Source: Opitutales bacterium (GTDB taxonomy: Bacteria; Verrucomicrobiota; Verrucomicrobiia; Opitutales; Coraliomargaritaceae). From it: a stretch of 32,000 nucleotides of DNA. The notes beneath the pieces are model-generated. The model did no database searches and was not told the origin of the DNA. It worked only from the letters and a program-made list of their open reading frames with translations. Each line of letters opens with the position of its first letter. Position 1 is the first letter of the stretch. The stretch is taken from positions 1-32,000 of the forward strand of contig JBMYVL010000009.1 in assembly GCA_049606355.1 (NCBI GenBank). Reading direction: 5' to 3'. Positions 15,095 to 25,784 of this stretch are shown one piece after another. The position numbers were made by a program, and so were the translations under genes.

Positions 15095-15105
15095 CGTTGA
15101 GAGTA

Positions 15106-16299
15106 CTAAAGTGAAGCGCCGTTGGAAGTTTGAGTTGGATTGAAGTTTCTCGCGACTGCTCGAGTGGCGGCATCGATTGCGAGTAAGGCTTCGACACTAT
15201 TGGGGGCAATGGTTTGCCCCTGATTCAGGGCAAAGTCGATGACCCGCGGAATGTCTAGATAACCAATCGCACCATCGAGGAACCGTGCGACGGCAATTTC
15301 ATTGGCGGCATTGTAGACTGCGGGGGCACTGCCACCTGCCTGCAAGGCTTCGTAAGCCAAGCGCAGGCAGGGGTAGCGAGCGAAGTCGGGGGCGCTGAAA
15401 TCCCACTGCATGGCTTGCTGGAAATCCAGCGTTGGCTCGACGCCTGGGGCGCGGTCGGGGTACAACAAGCAGTGTTGGATGGCAAAAGTCATCGAGGGGG
15501 GGCTGAATTGGCCTAAGATCGAACCATCGACAAACTGCACGAAGGAATGTGCGATACTCTGAGGGTGGAGGACGACTTCCAGGCGAGCCGCTTCCAAGCC
15601 GAATAGCCAGTGTGCTTCAAACAGTTCCAAGCCCTTGTTGGCCATCGTCGCCGAGTCGACGGTGATTTTACGACCCATCGACCAATTCGGGTGCTGCGTC
15701 GCATCCGTCGGTGTCACTGCTGCCAGTTGCTCGATCGGAGTGTCGCGAAATTGCCCACCGGAGGCGGTTAAAATGAGCTTCTGTACATGCTGCTGCGGGT
15801 GCCCTTCGATACATTGGAAGATCGCATTGTGCTCGCTGTCGGTCGGTAGTAGCGGCACGCCTTTGCGTCGGGCGGCTTCGATCACAAAGGCCCCGCCCAA
15901 TACCAGGAGTTCTTTGTTTGCCAGTGCGATTGCCTTGCCCGCATGAATAGCCGCGAGCGCCGGTTGCAGCCCGCAGGCACCCACCACGGCCAGCACGACC
16001 AGATCGGCATCCGCGAGGGTCGCCATTTCCACGAGGGCGTCCTCTCCTCCGTGCAGTTGCGTGCCATGCGGGAATTCTCCCGCTGCCTTCGCCGAAGTGT
16101 AGGCGGCTTCGTCGCTCAAGGCCGCATGCGGCACCTTGAATTCCTGGCAGATGGCTGCCAGCGCAGCGTGGTTGCTGCATGCCGCGACGCCGATCAGTTG
16201 CAAGCGGTCGGCATGTTGCCGCAGCACGCGTAATGTACTGCTACCGATCGAGCCAGTGGCTCCGAGCAGAACAATTTTTTTGCGCGCGGGATCACTCAT
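15106..16299 (-). CDS. dxr: 1-deoxy-D-xylulose-5-phosphate reductoisomerase.
   Basis: Signatures are KKIVLLGATGSIGSSTL (the NADPH-binding N-terminus), LANKE, DSEHNAIFQC, HPNWSMG and NAANE. Confidence 0.95.
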   Translation of the reverse strand: MSDPARKKIVLLGATGSIGSSTLRVLRQHADRLQLIGVAACSNHAALAAICQEFKVPHAALSDEAAYTSAKAAGEFPHGTQLHGGEDALVEMATLADADLVVLAVVGACGLQPALAAIHAGKAIALANKELLVLGGAFVIEAARRKGVPLLPTDSEHNAIFQCIEGHPQQHVQKLILTASGGQFRDTPIEQLAAVTPTDATQHPNWSMGRKITVDSATMANKGLELFEAHWLFGLEAARLEVVLHPQSIAHSFVQFVDGSILGQFSPPSMTFAIQHCLLYPDRAPGVEPTLDFQQAMQWDFSAPDFARYPCLRLAYEALQAGGSAPAVYNAANEIAVARFLDGAIGYLDIPRVIDFALNQGQTIAPNSVEALLAIDAATRAVARNFNPTQTSNGASL

Positions 16300-16308
16300 C
16301 GCTGGGTC

Positions 16309-17139
16309 CTAAAAAAGCGTGTATTTAAAAAGTAAATACCCAAGCGGTGCCGTTAGGATCAAACTATCGGCTAAGTCAAAAAAACCACCAATTCCGGGGA
16401 TAACCGTTCCGGAATCCTTTACCCCTGCTTGACGCTTGAATGCGGACTCAACGAGATCAGAGGCGATCGACGCAACCGCCACCGGAATGGCGATTAAAAT
16501 CGCCAGCCACCAAGTTAAGCCAGCGGGTGCCTGTGCGTGAAATAGGCTGAGTAGGATTAAGCCGACAAGGGCAGCGACGATGATCCCTCCGGCGGCTCCT
16601 TCGTAGGTTTTCTTGGGGCTAATCACCGACAGTGGAGTTCGTCCGATGCGCATGCCGACGAGCAGGCCCCCGACATCGGTGCTCTTCGCCACTGCCACGA
16701 TCCACACGGTTAAAAACACGCCGGTTCCGGTGCTGTACTCGTTGAGCTCAGCCAGGCGCACGATTTTGATGAGGAAGTGCAGCAGGTAGGGCACGTAGAT
16801 CAGACCGAAAAGGGTCGGCATGAAACTGCGTAAGCGCCCCGCTTGTAAGTCCATGCGAATAATCGTCAGGGTGAGGACCAGAAAGCTGAGCAAGAATAGA
16901 TCGTTTCCTGCATCTAAGCCCCCCATGTAGTAGGAGCCGACGGTAATGATGACACCGCCGCCGACACCCAGCGCTTTGATCGGATGCAGGCCCATCTTTT
17001 CAAACAGCTGATAGAGCTCCAGCTGCGTGAAGAGGGCGATGCCGGCAATCAGCAATACACCTGCATGGACTCCGAAGAGCAGGAGGGAGATACCAAGAAT
17101 CGCCCATAGGGCGGTGAAACTAAAAATACGCTGGCGCAT
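16309..17139 (-). CDS. cdsA: Phosphatidate cytidylyltransferase.
   Basis: It is a polytopic membrane protein with the C-terminal signature SAFKRQAGVKDSGTVIPGIGGFFDLADS, and it sits between uppS and dxr. Confidence 0.9.
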   Translation of the reverse strand: MRQRIFSFTALWAILGISLLLFGVHAGVLLIAGIALFTQLELYQLFEKMGLHPIKALGVGGGVIITVGSYYMGGLDAGNDLFLLSFLVLTLTIIRMDLQAGRLRSFMPTLFGLIYVPYLLHFLIKIVRLAELNEYSTGTGVFLTVWIVAVAKSTDVGGLLVGMRIGRTPLSVISPKKTYEGAAGGIIVAALVGLILLSLFHAQAPAGLTWWLAILIAIPVAVASIASDLVESAFKRQAGVKDSGTVIPGIGGFFDLADSLILTAPLGYLLFKYTLF

Positions 17140-17176
17140 CGGAAAAATGGGTGTCGTTTAGGATAGGAGCTGGGAA

Positions 17177-17926
17177 CTAAGCCTGCTGCAACTGCGAGCT
17201 GGTTTTTCCATAGCGTCGCTCGCGGGCGGCGTAGTCATCCAGCGCGGCTTTAAAATCGGCTTCGTTAAAGTCCGGCCAGAGTACCGGGGTAAAATGTATT
17301 TCCGCATAGGCGGATTGTAAAAGCAGGAAATTACTCAGGCGAGATTCTCCGGACGTGCGTATGATCAAATCCGGGTCGGGCATATCACCGGTGTACAGGT
17401 GCGGGCGCAGGGCATCGTAATCGAAGCGAGTGAGGTCGATGGTGCCGCGCTGGGCTGCTTGTGCGACGGCTTGGACTGCATCGACAATCTCGGTGCGGGC
17501 GCCATAGTTGAGTGCCAGACCGAGGGTATGCTCGCTGAATCCCGCAGTAGCTGCCTCCGCCTCCTGTAAGCGTTTCTGAATGTGCGCGGGCAGCTCAGTG
17601 TAGCGGCCGATCACGCGCAGACGAATTTTGCGTTTGAGCAATTCTTTCAACTGCTCCGCCAGAAACTGGTCGAGCAAGTCCATGAGCGCATCGATTTCAT
17701 CCTGTGGTCGATTCCAATTTTCGACACTGAAGGCATACAGGGTGACGTAGGGGACGCCATTGGCTTGTGCGGCTTGCAAGGTGCGCTTGACCGCTTCGGC
17801 GCCACGGCGATGCCCCTCGATCCGCGGCAACTTGCGTGCCTGCGCCCAGCGACCATTGCCATCCATGATGATGGCAACATGCTTGGGTGCTCCGTCGGCT
17901 TGGTCTGGATGTGAGGATGGGTTCAC
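17177..17926 (-). CDS. uppS: Di-trans,poly-cis-undecaprenyl-diphosphate synthase.
   Basis: Signatures are HVAIIMDGNGRWA, TLYAFSVENWNRP, DLIIRTSGESRLSNFLLLQSAYAE and ERRYG. Confidence 0.95.
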   Translation of the reverse strand: MNPSSHPDQADGAPKHVAIIMDGNGRWAQARKLPRIEGHRRGAEAVKRTLQAAQANGVPYVTLYAFSVENWNRPQDEIDALMDLLDQFLAEQLKELLKRKIRLRVIGRYTELPAHIQKRLQEAEAATAGFSEHTLGLALNYGARTEIVDAVQAVAQAAQRGTIDLTRFDYDALRPHLYTGDMPDPDLIIRTSGESRLSNFLLLQSAYAEIHFTPVLWPDFNEADFKAALDDYAARERRYGKTSSQLQQA

Positions 17927-18153
17927 TGCGGATTGGATGTGTGGCGTTGAGTCGATAGAAACGTGTAGGATGTTAAAATCGCCAATTCGTTCGGGTGCAA
18001 GGGTAGAGCAAGCTTAGTTATCGCGGTATTTTTGTGGGTTGAGGCGCTGTTAGAGGTCTACCAATTCGAAACATGCCAAGGGGTGAGAACGAGACGCTTC
18101 CGCTAAATCCGGCGGAGGCGGTGGTGCCTGCGATCGAAGCGCAGGCAGGAGCC

Positions 18154-18879
18154 TTAGATCTGATAGTCGGCGCTGCCGCTGGCCTCGTGTAAGCCGCATT
18201 CGCGCTTCAAACCACCAAAGCGAGTGTTTTCTGCACTCATGCCGGCTCCGAGTTTAGTGGTGCTGTGCCAATCGCCGACCGAGACATAGCCTTCATCCCA
18301 GAGCGGGTGGTACGGTAGCGCGTTTTCGCTCAGATACTGATAAATGTCACGATCACTCCAATCGAGGATCGGGTAGAGCTTCCAGGTCTTTTGCTGTTTC
18401 TCCGCAATGTGTCGCTCACTGCGGCTCGTCGATTGGCTACGACGCAGGCCGGATAGCCACGCGGTCGCGCCGAGTTCCTGCATGGCACGGTTCATTGGCT
18501 CAATTTTATTGATTCGATTGTATTTTTCGAGCCCTTGCAGCCCCGCTTCCCATAACTTGCCATACACCGCTTCCTGATAGGCCGCGGTTTGCAGCGGGCG
18601 ATAGGTTTTCAGGTTGAGTTGGAGGCGCTCGGTGAGCGATTCGGCAAAGCGGTAGGTTTCCGGAAAGAGATATCCGGTATCAATAAAAACGACGGGGATC
18701 TTGGGAATTAAACTCGTGACCAGATGCAACATCACGGCACTTTGAATGCCGAAGCTGGTACTCAGCACCAGTTGATCACCAAATTGTTCGTGGGCCCAGC
18801 GGACACGGTCGACCGCCGAAGCCGCCTCGAGGGCGTCCGATTGGCTGAGGGCATCCTTATCGCTGACATTCGCAAGCAT
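18154..18879 (-). CDS. cysH: Phosphoadenosine phosphosulfate (PAPS) reductase, thioredoxin-dependent type.
   Basis: From MLANVSDKD onward it is collinear with E. coli CysH: [48 protein letters not shown] and C-terminal KRECGLHE. I saw no CC...CxxC Fe-S motif. The tracked ORF (to 19158) over-extends 93 codons into the upstream gene. The start chosen is the ATG at 18879. Confidence 0.9.
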   Translation of the reverse strand: MLANVSDKDALSQSDALEAASAVDRVRWAHEQFGDQLVLSTSFGIQSAVMLHLVTSLIPKIPVVFIDTGYLFPETYRFAESLTERLQLNLKTYRPLQTAAYQEAVYGKLWEAGLQGLEKYNRINKIEPMNRAMQELGATAWLSGLRRSQSTSRSERHIAEKQQKTWKLYPILDWSDRDIYQYLSENALPYHPLWDEGYVSVGDWHSTTKLGAGMSAENTRFGGLKRECGLHEASGSADYQI

Positions 18880-18935
18880 GGCGCTAATCTTTGGTTCTTG
18901 ACTAAAAAAGTCAAGATTTATGCCGCCGCTGCCAC

Positions 18936-20141
18936 TCAGGCCTCTGCGGGCAGTGGCAAGTCCAGGATTTCCCAAGGCAGGCCACGCTGCGGCAGCTCCT
19001 CCATGAACGGATCTGGGTCGTGCTGCTCCATATTCCATACCCCCGGTTGCTTCCACAAATTGCGCAGGATCATCTGCGCGCCGATCATTGCCGGCACTCC
19101 AGTGGTGTAGCTGATCGCCTGGCTGGACACTTCCTTGTAGCAGGCTTCGTGATCGCAACTGTTATAAATAAAGATGCGCTTTTTCTTTCCGTCTTTGGTG
19201 CCGACGATATCGCAACCGATACAGGTCTTCCCCTTTGTTCGTGGCCCTAAGCTCGCGGGGTCGGGAAGTACCGCTTTGAGGAATTCAAGCGGCTGTATGG
19301 ACTGGCCCTTAAACGTAACCGGCTCAATCGAGGTCATCCCGATGTTTTCCAGCACACGCAGGTGGGTGAGGTACTTGTCTGAAAAGGTCATCCAAAAGCG
19401 AATGCGCTGCAGGCCTTTGATGTTTTGGCACAACGACTCCATTTCCTCATGGTAGAGTAAATAAGCATCCTGAGGGCCGACGACTGGGAAATCGTAGACC
19501 TGGTGGACGCTCATCGGTTCGACCTCTTTCCATTCGCCGGCCTCCCAATAGCGTCCCTTTTGTGTGATTTCACGAAGGTTGATTTCTGGATTAAAATTGG
19601 TGGCGAAGGGGTAGCCGTGATCGCCGGCATTGGCATCGAGGATATCGATGGTATCAATGCTGTCGAACAGGTGCTTTTGTGCGTAGGCACAGAAGACATT
19701 GGTCACGCCGGGATCAAATCCGGAACCCAACAGTGCCGTCAAGCCGGCTGCCTCGAAGCGCTCTTGGTAGGCCCATTGCCATTTGTATTCGAACTTCGCT
19801 TCGTTGGGTGGCTCATAGTTGGCCGTATCCAGGTAATGGACACCTGCTGCCAGGCAAGCGTCCATCAGCGGGAGGTCCTGATAGGGGAGCGCCACATTGA
19901 TCACCAACTCGGGCTGTTCCTCCTTGAGAAATGCAGTGGTGGCGGCGACATCGTCCGCATCAATCGCCGCGGTGCGGATCGTGCGTCCTTGCTTGGCTTC
20001 AATGTCGGCAGCGATGGCTGCGCACTTGGTCTGGGTCCGCGAGGCAAGTACGATCTCGGTGAAAATTTCGGGCAGTTGTGCGCACTTGTGTGCAGTGACA
20101 TTACCGACACCGCCGGCTCCAATGATGACTACTTTTGACAT
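18936..20141 (-). CDS. Saccharopine-dehydrogenase-family enzyme, most like carboxynorspermidine/carboxyspermidine dehydrogenase.
   Basis: It has [20 protein letters not shown] (Rossmann N-terminus), ASRT..KC, DADD, and [12 protein letters not shown]...[32 protein letters not shown]. This pattern matches my memory of Vibrio CANSDH. No adjacent carboxynorspermidine decarboxylase is present. Confidence 0.7.
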   Translation of the reverse strand: MSKVVIIGAGGVGNVTAHKCAQLPEIFTEIVLASRTQTKCAAIAADIEAKQGRTIRTAAIDADDVAATTAFLKEEQPELVINVALPYQDLPLMDACLAAGVHYLDTANYEPPNEAKFEYKWQWAYQERFEAAGLTALLGSGFDPGVTNVFCAYAQKHLFDSIDTIDILDANAGDHGYPFATNFNPEINLREITQKGRYWEAGEWKEVEPMSVHQVYDFPVVGPQDAYLLYHEEMESLCQNIKGLQRIRFWMTFSDKYLTHLRVLENIGMTSIEPVTFKGQSIQPLEFLKAVLPDPASLGPRTKGKTCIGCDIVGTKDGKKKRIFIYNSCDHEACYKEVSSQAISYTTGVPAMIGAQMILRNLWKQPGVWNMEQHDPDPFMEELPQRGLPWEILDLPLPAEA

Positions 20142-20306
20142 GTCAGAACCATAAGGCGAACTCAGCTGCCTGCATCAAGACTTATTCCGCATCCACGCAC
20201 AGCTGTGTCATGGCTCTCGGACTTGGGCGACCCGGCGCATTTTGGTCTGAGGAAGAAGCCGGTGTCCTGAAATTGACAGCAGCGTGCAGATACTGGAACG
20301 TGAGGT

Positions 20307-20876
20307 ATGGCTATTGATGAAGAACTGACGTTAACCCGTGATACCACTGCGACCATTATCCCTGCAGGTGAACAACAGGTCCTGCCCGCGGGTACGCGTG
20401 CCATGATCTCTCAGGCACTCGGTGGTACAGTCACCATTCGTACCGACAGCGGCCTCTTTCGATTGGCCGCCAAGGATTGGGATTCTCTCGGAGCGGCCGC
20501 CGCCGCGGCCCTTCAGGAGGCCGTCGATGTGGAAGCAGCGTCCTCGACAACTGCGGCACCCTTTAGTGAGGAAGCTGTGTGGGATGCGATGAAGCAATGC
20601 TATGACCCCGAAATCCCCGTCAATATCGTCGATTTAGGCCTCATTTATGATTTGCAGTTATCCGGGCCGAATGACGCGGGCAAGCATACCGCTTGCGTTA
20701 AAATGACATTAACCGCTCAAGGGTGCGGGATGGGGCCGGTGATTGCCGATGATGCACGCCAGCGGATCGAGGCACTGGACGCCATTGAATCCGCTCAGGT
20801 CGATATTATTTGGGACCCACCTTGGACCCCCCATATGATTTCCGAAGCGGGTCGCTTGAAGTTGGGGCTCGATTGA
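20307..20876 (+). CDS. sufT: SufT-like Fe-S cluster assembly protein (N-terminal domain plus DUF59/MIP18 domain).
   Basis: The DUF59 core reads EEAVWDAMKQCYDPEIPVNIVDLGLIYD...VKMTLTAQGCGMGPVIADDARQRI...VDIIWDPPWTPHMISEAG. The N-terminal ~90 aa extension is typical of long SufT. A GAGG sits 5 nt before the ATG. Confidence 0.75.
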   Translation: MAIDEELTLTRDTTATIIPAGEQQVLPAGTRAMISQALGGTVTIRTDSGLFRLAAKDWDSLGAAAAAALQEAVDVEAASSTTAAPFSEEAVWDAMKQCYDPEIPVNIVDLGLIYDLQLSGPNDAGKHTACVKMTLTAQGCGMGPVIADDARQRIEALDAIESAQVDIIWDPPWTPHMISEAGRLKLGLD

Positions 20877-21675
20877 GGGCCTTGATGGCTTGGCCTTGGT
20901 AGCGCCCTTCGCGCAATTCGCCATGAAAGCTGCCGACGCTAACCTTGCTCTTTAATTTCAGTGGGATTGCCGGTTGGTCGTGGCTGAACCAGATCTCAAT
21001 CCGAGCGTCGGGGCTTTTTTCAAATACGCCGCGTAGTGTTTTGGTGGATACCTCAACAGAGTACGCATCCAACCGCCCCGCCTTGGTTTTCAGACTTGCA
21101 TGCTGCTGTTGGAGCCAGGCATCGATTACCACCAGTTTTTTGCCATCGGTGGTGGCTTGACTGAATTGCGGGTTATCCGCGAATGAATGCCGCGCAAGTG
21201 CGGTGATCAATGCCAGTGGGTCCATCGTGTCGGGATGGATGCTAATGGCATCGCGTGCGTGACCATGGTCTCGATAGGTGGCGGTGTGCTGTGTCCAATC
21301 AAAGTCGACTTCGATGTCACGTCGGGTACGCCCTTCATGCTGCTTTTTCTTGTAATGGATGGATCGTCCGTTGCTGGGGTCGATCCAGGATTGAATGTGG
21401 TCGCGCACTTTAAACAAAGTGTCGGCTAGGCCCCAGGTGCGCACGGTGAAATCAGCTTTCAGAGCTTCTAGCTCACTGCCAACGATCGTGGCAGTGGAAA
21501 ATGCTAAGCGAGCTTCGCCGACTTTGAGGAAGCTCCAGTAAAGGTCGTAGACAAACACGTCACCGGCTTGGAACTGTGGCAGCTTGTGTTCGGCGCTCCA
21601 ATTTGTCTGTACAGCACCACAAAGCAGAAGGAAGCTTGTCATCCACGTTAAAACGGTGCGTTTCATGCTAATCAT
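20806..21675 (-). CDS. Secreted DUF3108-family protein.
   Basis: It has the signal peptide MKRTVLTWMTSFLLLCGAVQ, so an alternative start at 21666 is possible. DUF3108-like pattern elements are GDVFVYDLYWSFLKVGEARLAF, DPLALITALAR, TDGKKLVVIDA and RIEIWFSHDQPAIPLKL. Its 3' end overlaps the 3' end of sufT by 71 nt. Confidence 0.65.
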   Translation of the reverse strand: MISMKRTVLTWMTSFLLLCGAVQTNWSAEHKLPQFQAGDVFVYDLYWSFLKVGEARLAFSTATIVGSELEALKADFTVRTWGLADTLFKVRDHIQSWIDPSNGRSIHYKKKQHEGRTRRDIEVDFDWTQHTATYRDHGHARDAISIHPDTMDPLALITALARHSFADNPQFSQATTDGKKLVVIDAWLQQQHASLKTKAGRLDAYSVEVSTKTLRGVFEKSPDARIEIWFSHDQPAIPLKLKSKVSVGSFHGELREGRYQGQAIKALNRAPTSSDPLRKSYGGSKVGPK

Positions 21676-21794
21676 GACCCTAGGAGGCGGTGCTTGTTCC
21701 GCAAGTCTGCGTTCTGATTCAAGTGTTGTGGATTTGCGCTGGCACGTAGCGTAGAATAAATTAAACCCGTTAGCGACTACTGATACGAAGCATC

Positions 21795-23204
<1,410 letters not shown>

Positions 23205-23235
23205 GGCGCTTTGGCTCTGGTGTGAGGGCGGCTCC

Positions 23236-23577
23236 TTACAGCGGGCAGCGATGCCGATGCTTGGCGATGCATCTGTAAATAGGATCCCGCAGAGCTCGCG
23301 GCAGTGTGAGCGCAAGCCGCGCAGGGATCCGGTAGCCGGTGCCCGTGTCGATCAATGCCTGCAGGATCGCATCTGAGCGTAGGAGTTGCGGCATGCCCTC
23401 ACGGTGGTAGACGACTGTGGTGACTTGATCCCTCAGTTTATCCGGCAGGAGCTGACGCGCGCATACACCCTGCAATGGTTCAAAGCGCAGGCAGGAATGA
23501 CGATCCAAGCCATTTAGGGTGCGAACGGCACGATTGCAGAGGCCGCACTCACCGTCATAAAAAAGGATTCCCGACAT
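23236..23577 (-). CDS. Thiol-disulfide oxidoreductase, DCC family (DUF393).
   Basis: The N-terminal ILFYDGECGLCNRAV carries the family-defining D-x-x-C-x-x-C motif, and the size (113 aa) is typical. Confidence 0.8.
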   Translation of the reverse strand: MSGILFYDGECGLCNRAVRTLNGLDRHSCLRFEPLQGVCARQLLPDKLRDQVTTVVYHREGMPQLLRSDAILQALIDTGTGYRIPARLALTLPRALRDPIYRCIAKHRHRCPL

Positions 23578-23705
23578 CCCTTGTAGTTTGCACGAAAACA
23601 GGACTTTGTCGAATTCCGACCTGCTGTGTTCAAGGGTCGAGTGTCCTTTCCTGGAAAGCGCTAAAGACGGTTGCGCCTGCGTGCGGCTTCGCTAAGGCTA
23701 GCGAC

Positions 23706-25763
23706 GTGGATTTTAAACTCAGTAGTGATTACGCGCCGCAGGGGGATCAACCGAGCGCCATACAGGCTCTGGTTGATTCCGTGCGGGCAGGGAATGATTA
23801 CCAGACATTGCTGGGCGTTACGGGTTCAGGAAAAACCTTTTCGATGGCAAATGTGATCCAAGAGTTGCAGCGGCCTGCGTTGATTATTTCTCACAACAAA
23901 ACCTTAGCAGCACAGCTGTATTCTGAGTTTAAAGCGTTCTTCCCCGACAATGCGGTGGAGTATTTTGTAAGTTATTACGACTATTACCAACCGGAAGCCT
24001 ACATCCCACAGACGGATACTTACATCGAGAAGGATTCCTCAATTAATGAAGCGATCGAGCGCTTGCGCATCGCGGCGTCCTCGTCACTGATCAGTCGTCG
24101 GGATGTGATTGTAGTTGCTTCGGTTTCTTGTATCTACGGTCTCGGATCACCCGAAGACTTTAAGGCGATGATGGTGCCGCTCGAACCCGGCATGGAAATT
24201 ACGCGCGATCGTTTCCTGGAGCGCTTGGTTGAAATTCTCTACGAGCGCAACGATGTCGATTTTAAGTGCGGCGCCTTTCGCGTGCGGGGGGACGTCGTCG
24301 ACATTTATCCCGCTTATATGGAGAGTGCCATTCGCGTTGAATTTTGGGGTGATACCATTGATTCAATTTTCGAGTTGGACCCAGTTAGCGGTGAAACGGG
24401 CTCACCCATTCAGCAGTTTCATTTGTATCCAGCTACGCAATACGTTACACCGAAAGATAAGATCGAAACTGCCGTGCAAGGGATACGGCATGAGTTAGAC
24501 GAGCGAGTGGCATGGTTTGAGTCGCACAATCGTTTGATCGAGGCGCAGCGAATTAAGATGCGTACCGAATATGACATCGAGCTGCTGCAGGAGATGGGCT
24601 TCTGTACCGGTATTGAGAATTATTCGCGCTACCTCTCAGGGAGACGCCCCGGTGATCGACCCTTCTGCTTGATCGATTTTTTTCCGAAGGACTTTTTGCT
24701 CTTTGTCGACGAGAGTCATGCGACCTTACCGCAGGTGCGAGCGATGTATAATGGCGATCGGGCGCGCAAGGAGCGCTTGGTTGATTTTGGCTTTCGTCTG
24801 CCCTCCGCTCTGGACAACCGCCCGCAAAAGATCGAAGAGTTCGAAGCTATAACGGGGCAAACGGTGTATGTTTCCGCGACGCCGGCGACGCATGAGTTGG
24901 AAGTTTCCAAAGTCATTGCCGAGCAAGTGATCCGTCCGACTGGATTGGTCGATCCAGACATGGAGTTACGTCCGATCAAAGGGCAGGTTGAAGATGTTAT
25001 TGGTGAAGTGCGAAAGGCGAGTGAAGCGGGTGAGCGCACGCTCATTACGACCTTAACCAAGCGTATGTCGGAGGACCTGAGTGATTATTTGCGCGAGGCC
25101 GGATTAAATGTGGAGTATTTACACTCGGATATTGATGCAATTGAGCGCGTGGAGATTCTGCGTCGCTTACGTAAAGGTGATTTTGATGTGCTGGTAGGCG
25201 TCAATTTGTTGCGTGAAGGCTTGGATCTTCCTGAAGTGGCTCTGGTGGCGATTTTGGATGCGGACAAGGAGGGTTTCTTGCGCAGTGCCACCAGTTTAAT
25301 TCAGACCGCGGGTCGTGCGGCGCGCCACGAGCGAGGCCGGGTCATCCTGTACGCGGATCGTCGTACCGATTCCATTGAGCGTACCTTACAAGTCACGCAA
25401 CAGCGCCGCGAAAAACAGTTAGCCTACAACAAGGCACATGGGATTACGCCGAAAAGTGTCGAGCGTGGGTTGGATGAGAGTTTGCATGCACCCGGTTATC
25501 AACAGCAGGAAGAAGAGCCATTGGTTGTTGCCGAATCCGAGGACCGTGATGTCGCTGCAGTGATTGCTGAGATGGAGGAGGAAATGCTGGAGGCCGCCCG
25601 ACAGCTGGCTTTCGAGAAAGCCGCACTGCTGCGCGATCAAATTGAGTGCTTGCAGGGTGGGCAACTGGACCCCGCAACGGGGGCCGCTAAAAAGAAGCGC
25701 GCGCGTAAGAAAAGCAAAGGAGTTTACAATGCCGCGGGTTTGCCGCGAAAACGAAAGCGTTGA
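23706..25763 (+). CDS. uvrB: Excinuclease ABC subunit B.
   Basis: Signatures are FKLSSDYAPQGDQPSAIQALV, LLGVTGSGKTF (Walker A), the helicase motifs DESH and QTAGRAARH, and the C-terminal UVR domain AFEKAALLRDQIECLQ. The tracked ORF starts at ATG 23475 and overlaps the DCC gene. No in-frame ATG lies between, and the GTG at 23706 gives the canonical N-terminus (M)DFKL. Confidence 0.95.
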   Translation: MDFKLSSDYAPQGDQPSAIQALVDSVRAGNDYQTLLGVTGSGKTFSMANVIQELQRPALIISHNKTLAAQLYSEFKAFFPDNAVEYFVSYYDYYQPEAYIPQTDTYIEKDSSINEAIERLRIAASSSLISRRDVIVVASVSCIYGLGSPEDFKAMMVPLEPGMEITRDRFLERLVEILYERNDVDFKCGAFRVRGDVVDIYPAYMESAIRVEFWGDTIDSIFELDPVSGETGSPIQQFHLYPATQYVTPKDKIETAVQGIRHELDERVAWFESHNRLIEAQRIKMRTEYDIELLQEMGFCTGIENYSRYLSGRRPGDRPFCLIDFFPKDFLLFVDESHATLPQVRAMYNGDRARKERLVDFGFRLPSALDNRPQKIEEFEAITGQTVYVSATPATHELEVSKVIAEQVIRPTGLVDPDMELRPIKGQVEDVIGEVRKASEAGERTLITTLTKRMSEDLSDYLREAGLNVEYLHSDIDAIERVEILRRLRKGDFDVLVGVNLLREGLDLPEVALVAILDADKEGFLRSATSLIQTAGRAARHERGRVILYADRRTDSIERTLQVTQQRREKQLAYNKAHGITPKSVERGLDESLHAPGYQQQEEEPLVVAESEDRDVAAVIAEMEEEMLEAARQLAFEKAALLRDQIECLQGGQLDPATGAAKKKRARKKSKGVYNAAGLPRKRKR

Positions 25764-25784
25764 TTCGCCGAGTCGTTGCTCGCT

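Noticed and set aside
17927-18153. The 227-bp gap between the uppS start and the cysH stop as a possible sRNA or riboswitch.
   Set aside because: It holds only a weak 7-bp hairpin (gcctgcg-atcgaag-cgcaggc, about 18126..18146) without a U-tract. It has no recognisable riboswitch core, so it is most simply the uppS promoter plus the cysH 3' end.
18154-18879. The idea that cysH (PAPS reductase) is functionally tied to the sulfatase locus through assimilation of released sulfate.
   Set aside because: The genes are 8 kb apart, separated by an unrelated operon on the other strand. No cysDN, cysC or cysIJ genes are nearby, so the co-occurrence is most simply coincidental.
18880-19158. A 93-codon N-terminal extension of the cysH ORF, overlapping the 3' end of the upstream dehydrogenase gene.
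   Set aside because: Homology to CysH starts at the Met at 18879. The extension is Gly-, Ala- and Arg-rich nonsense produced by an open frame over the neighbouring gene.
23475-23705. A 77-codon N-terminal extension of uvrB, overlapping the DCC gene start.
   Set aside because: Its sequence is Cys-, Arg- and His-rich and not conserved-looking. The canonical UvrB N-terminus begins at the GTG at 23706.
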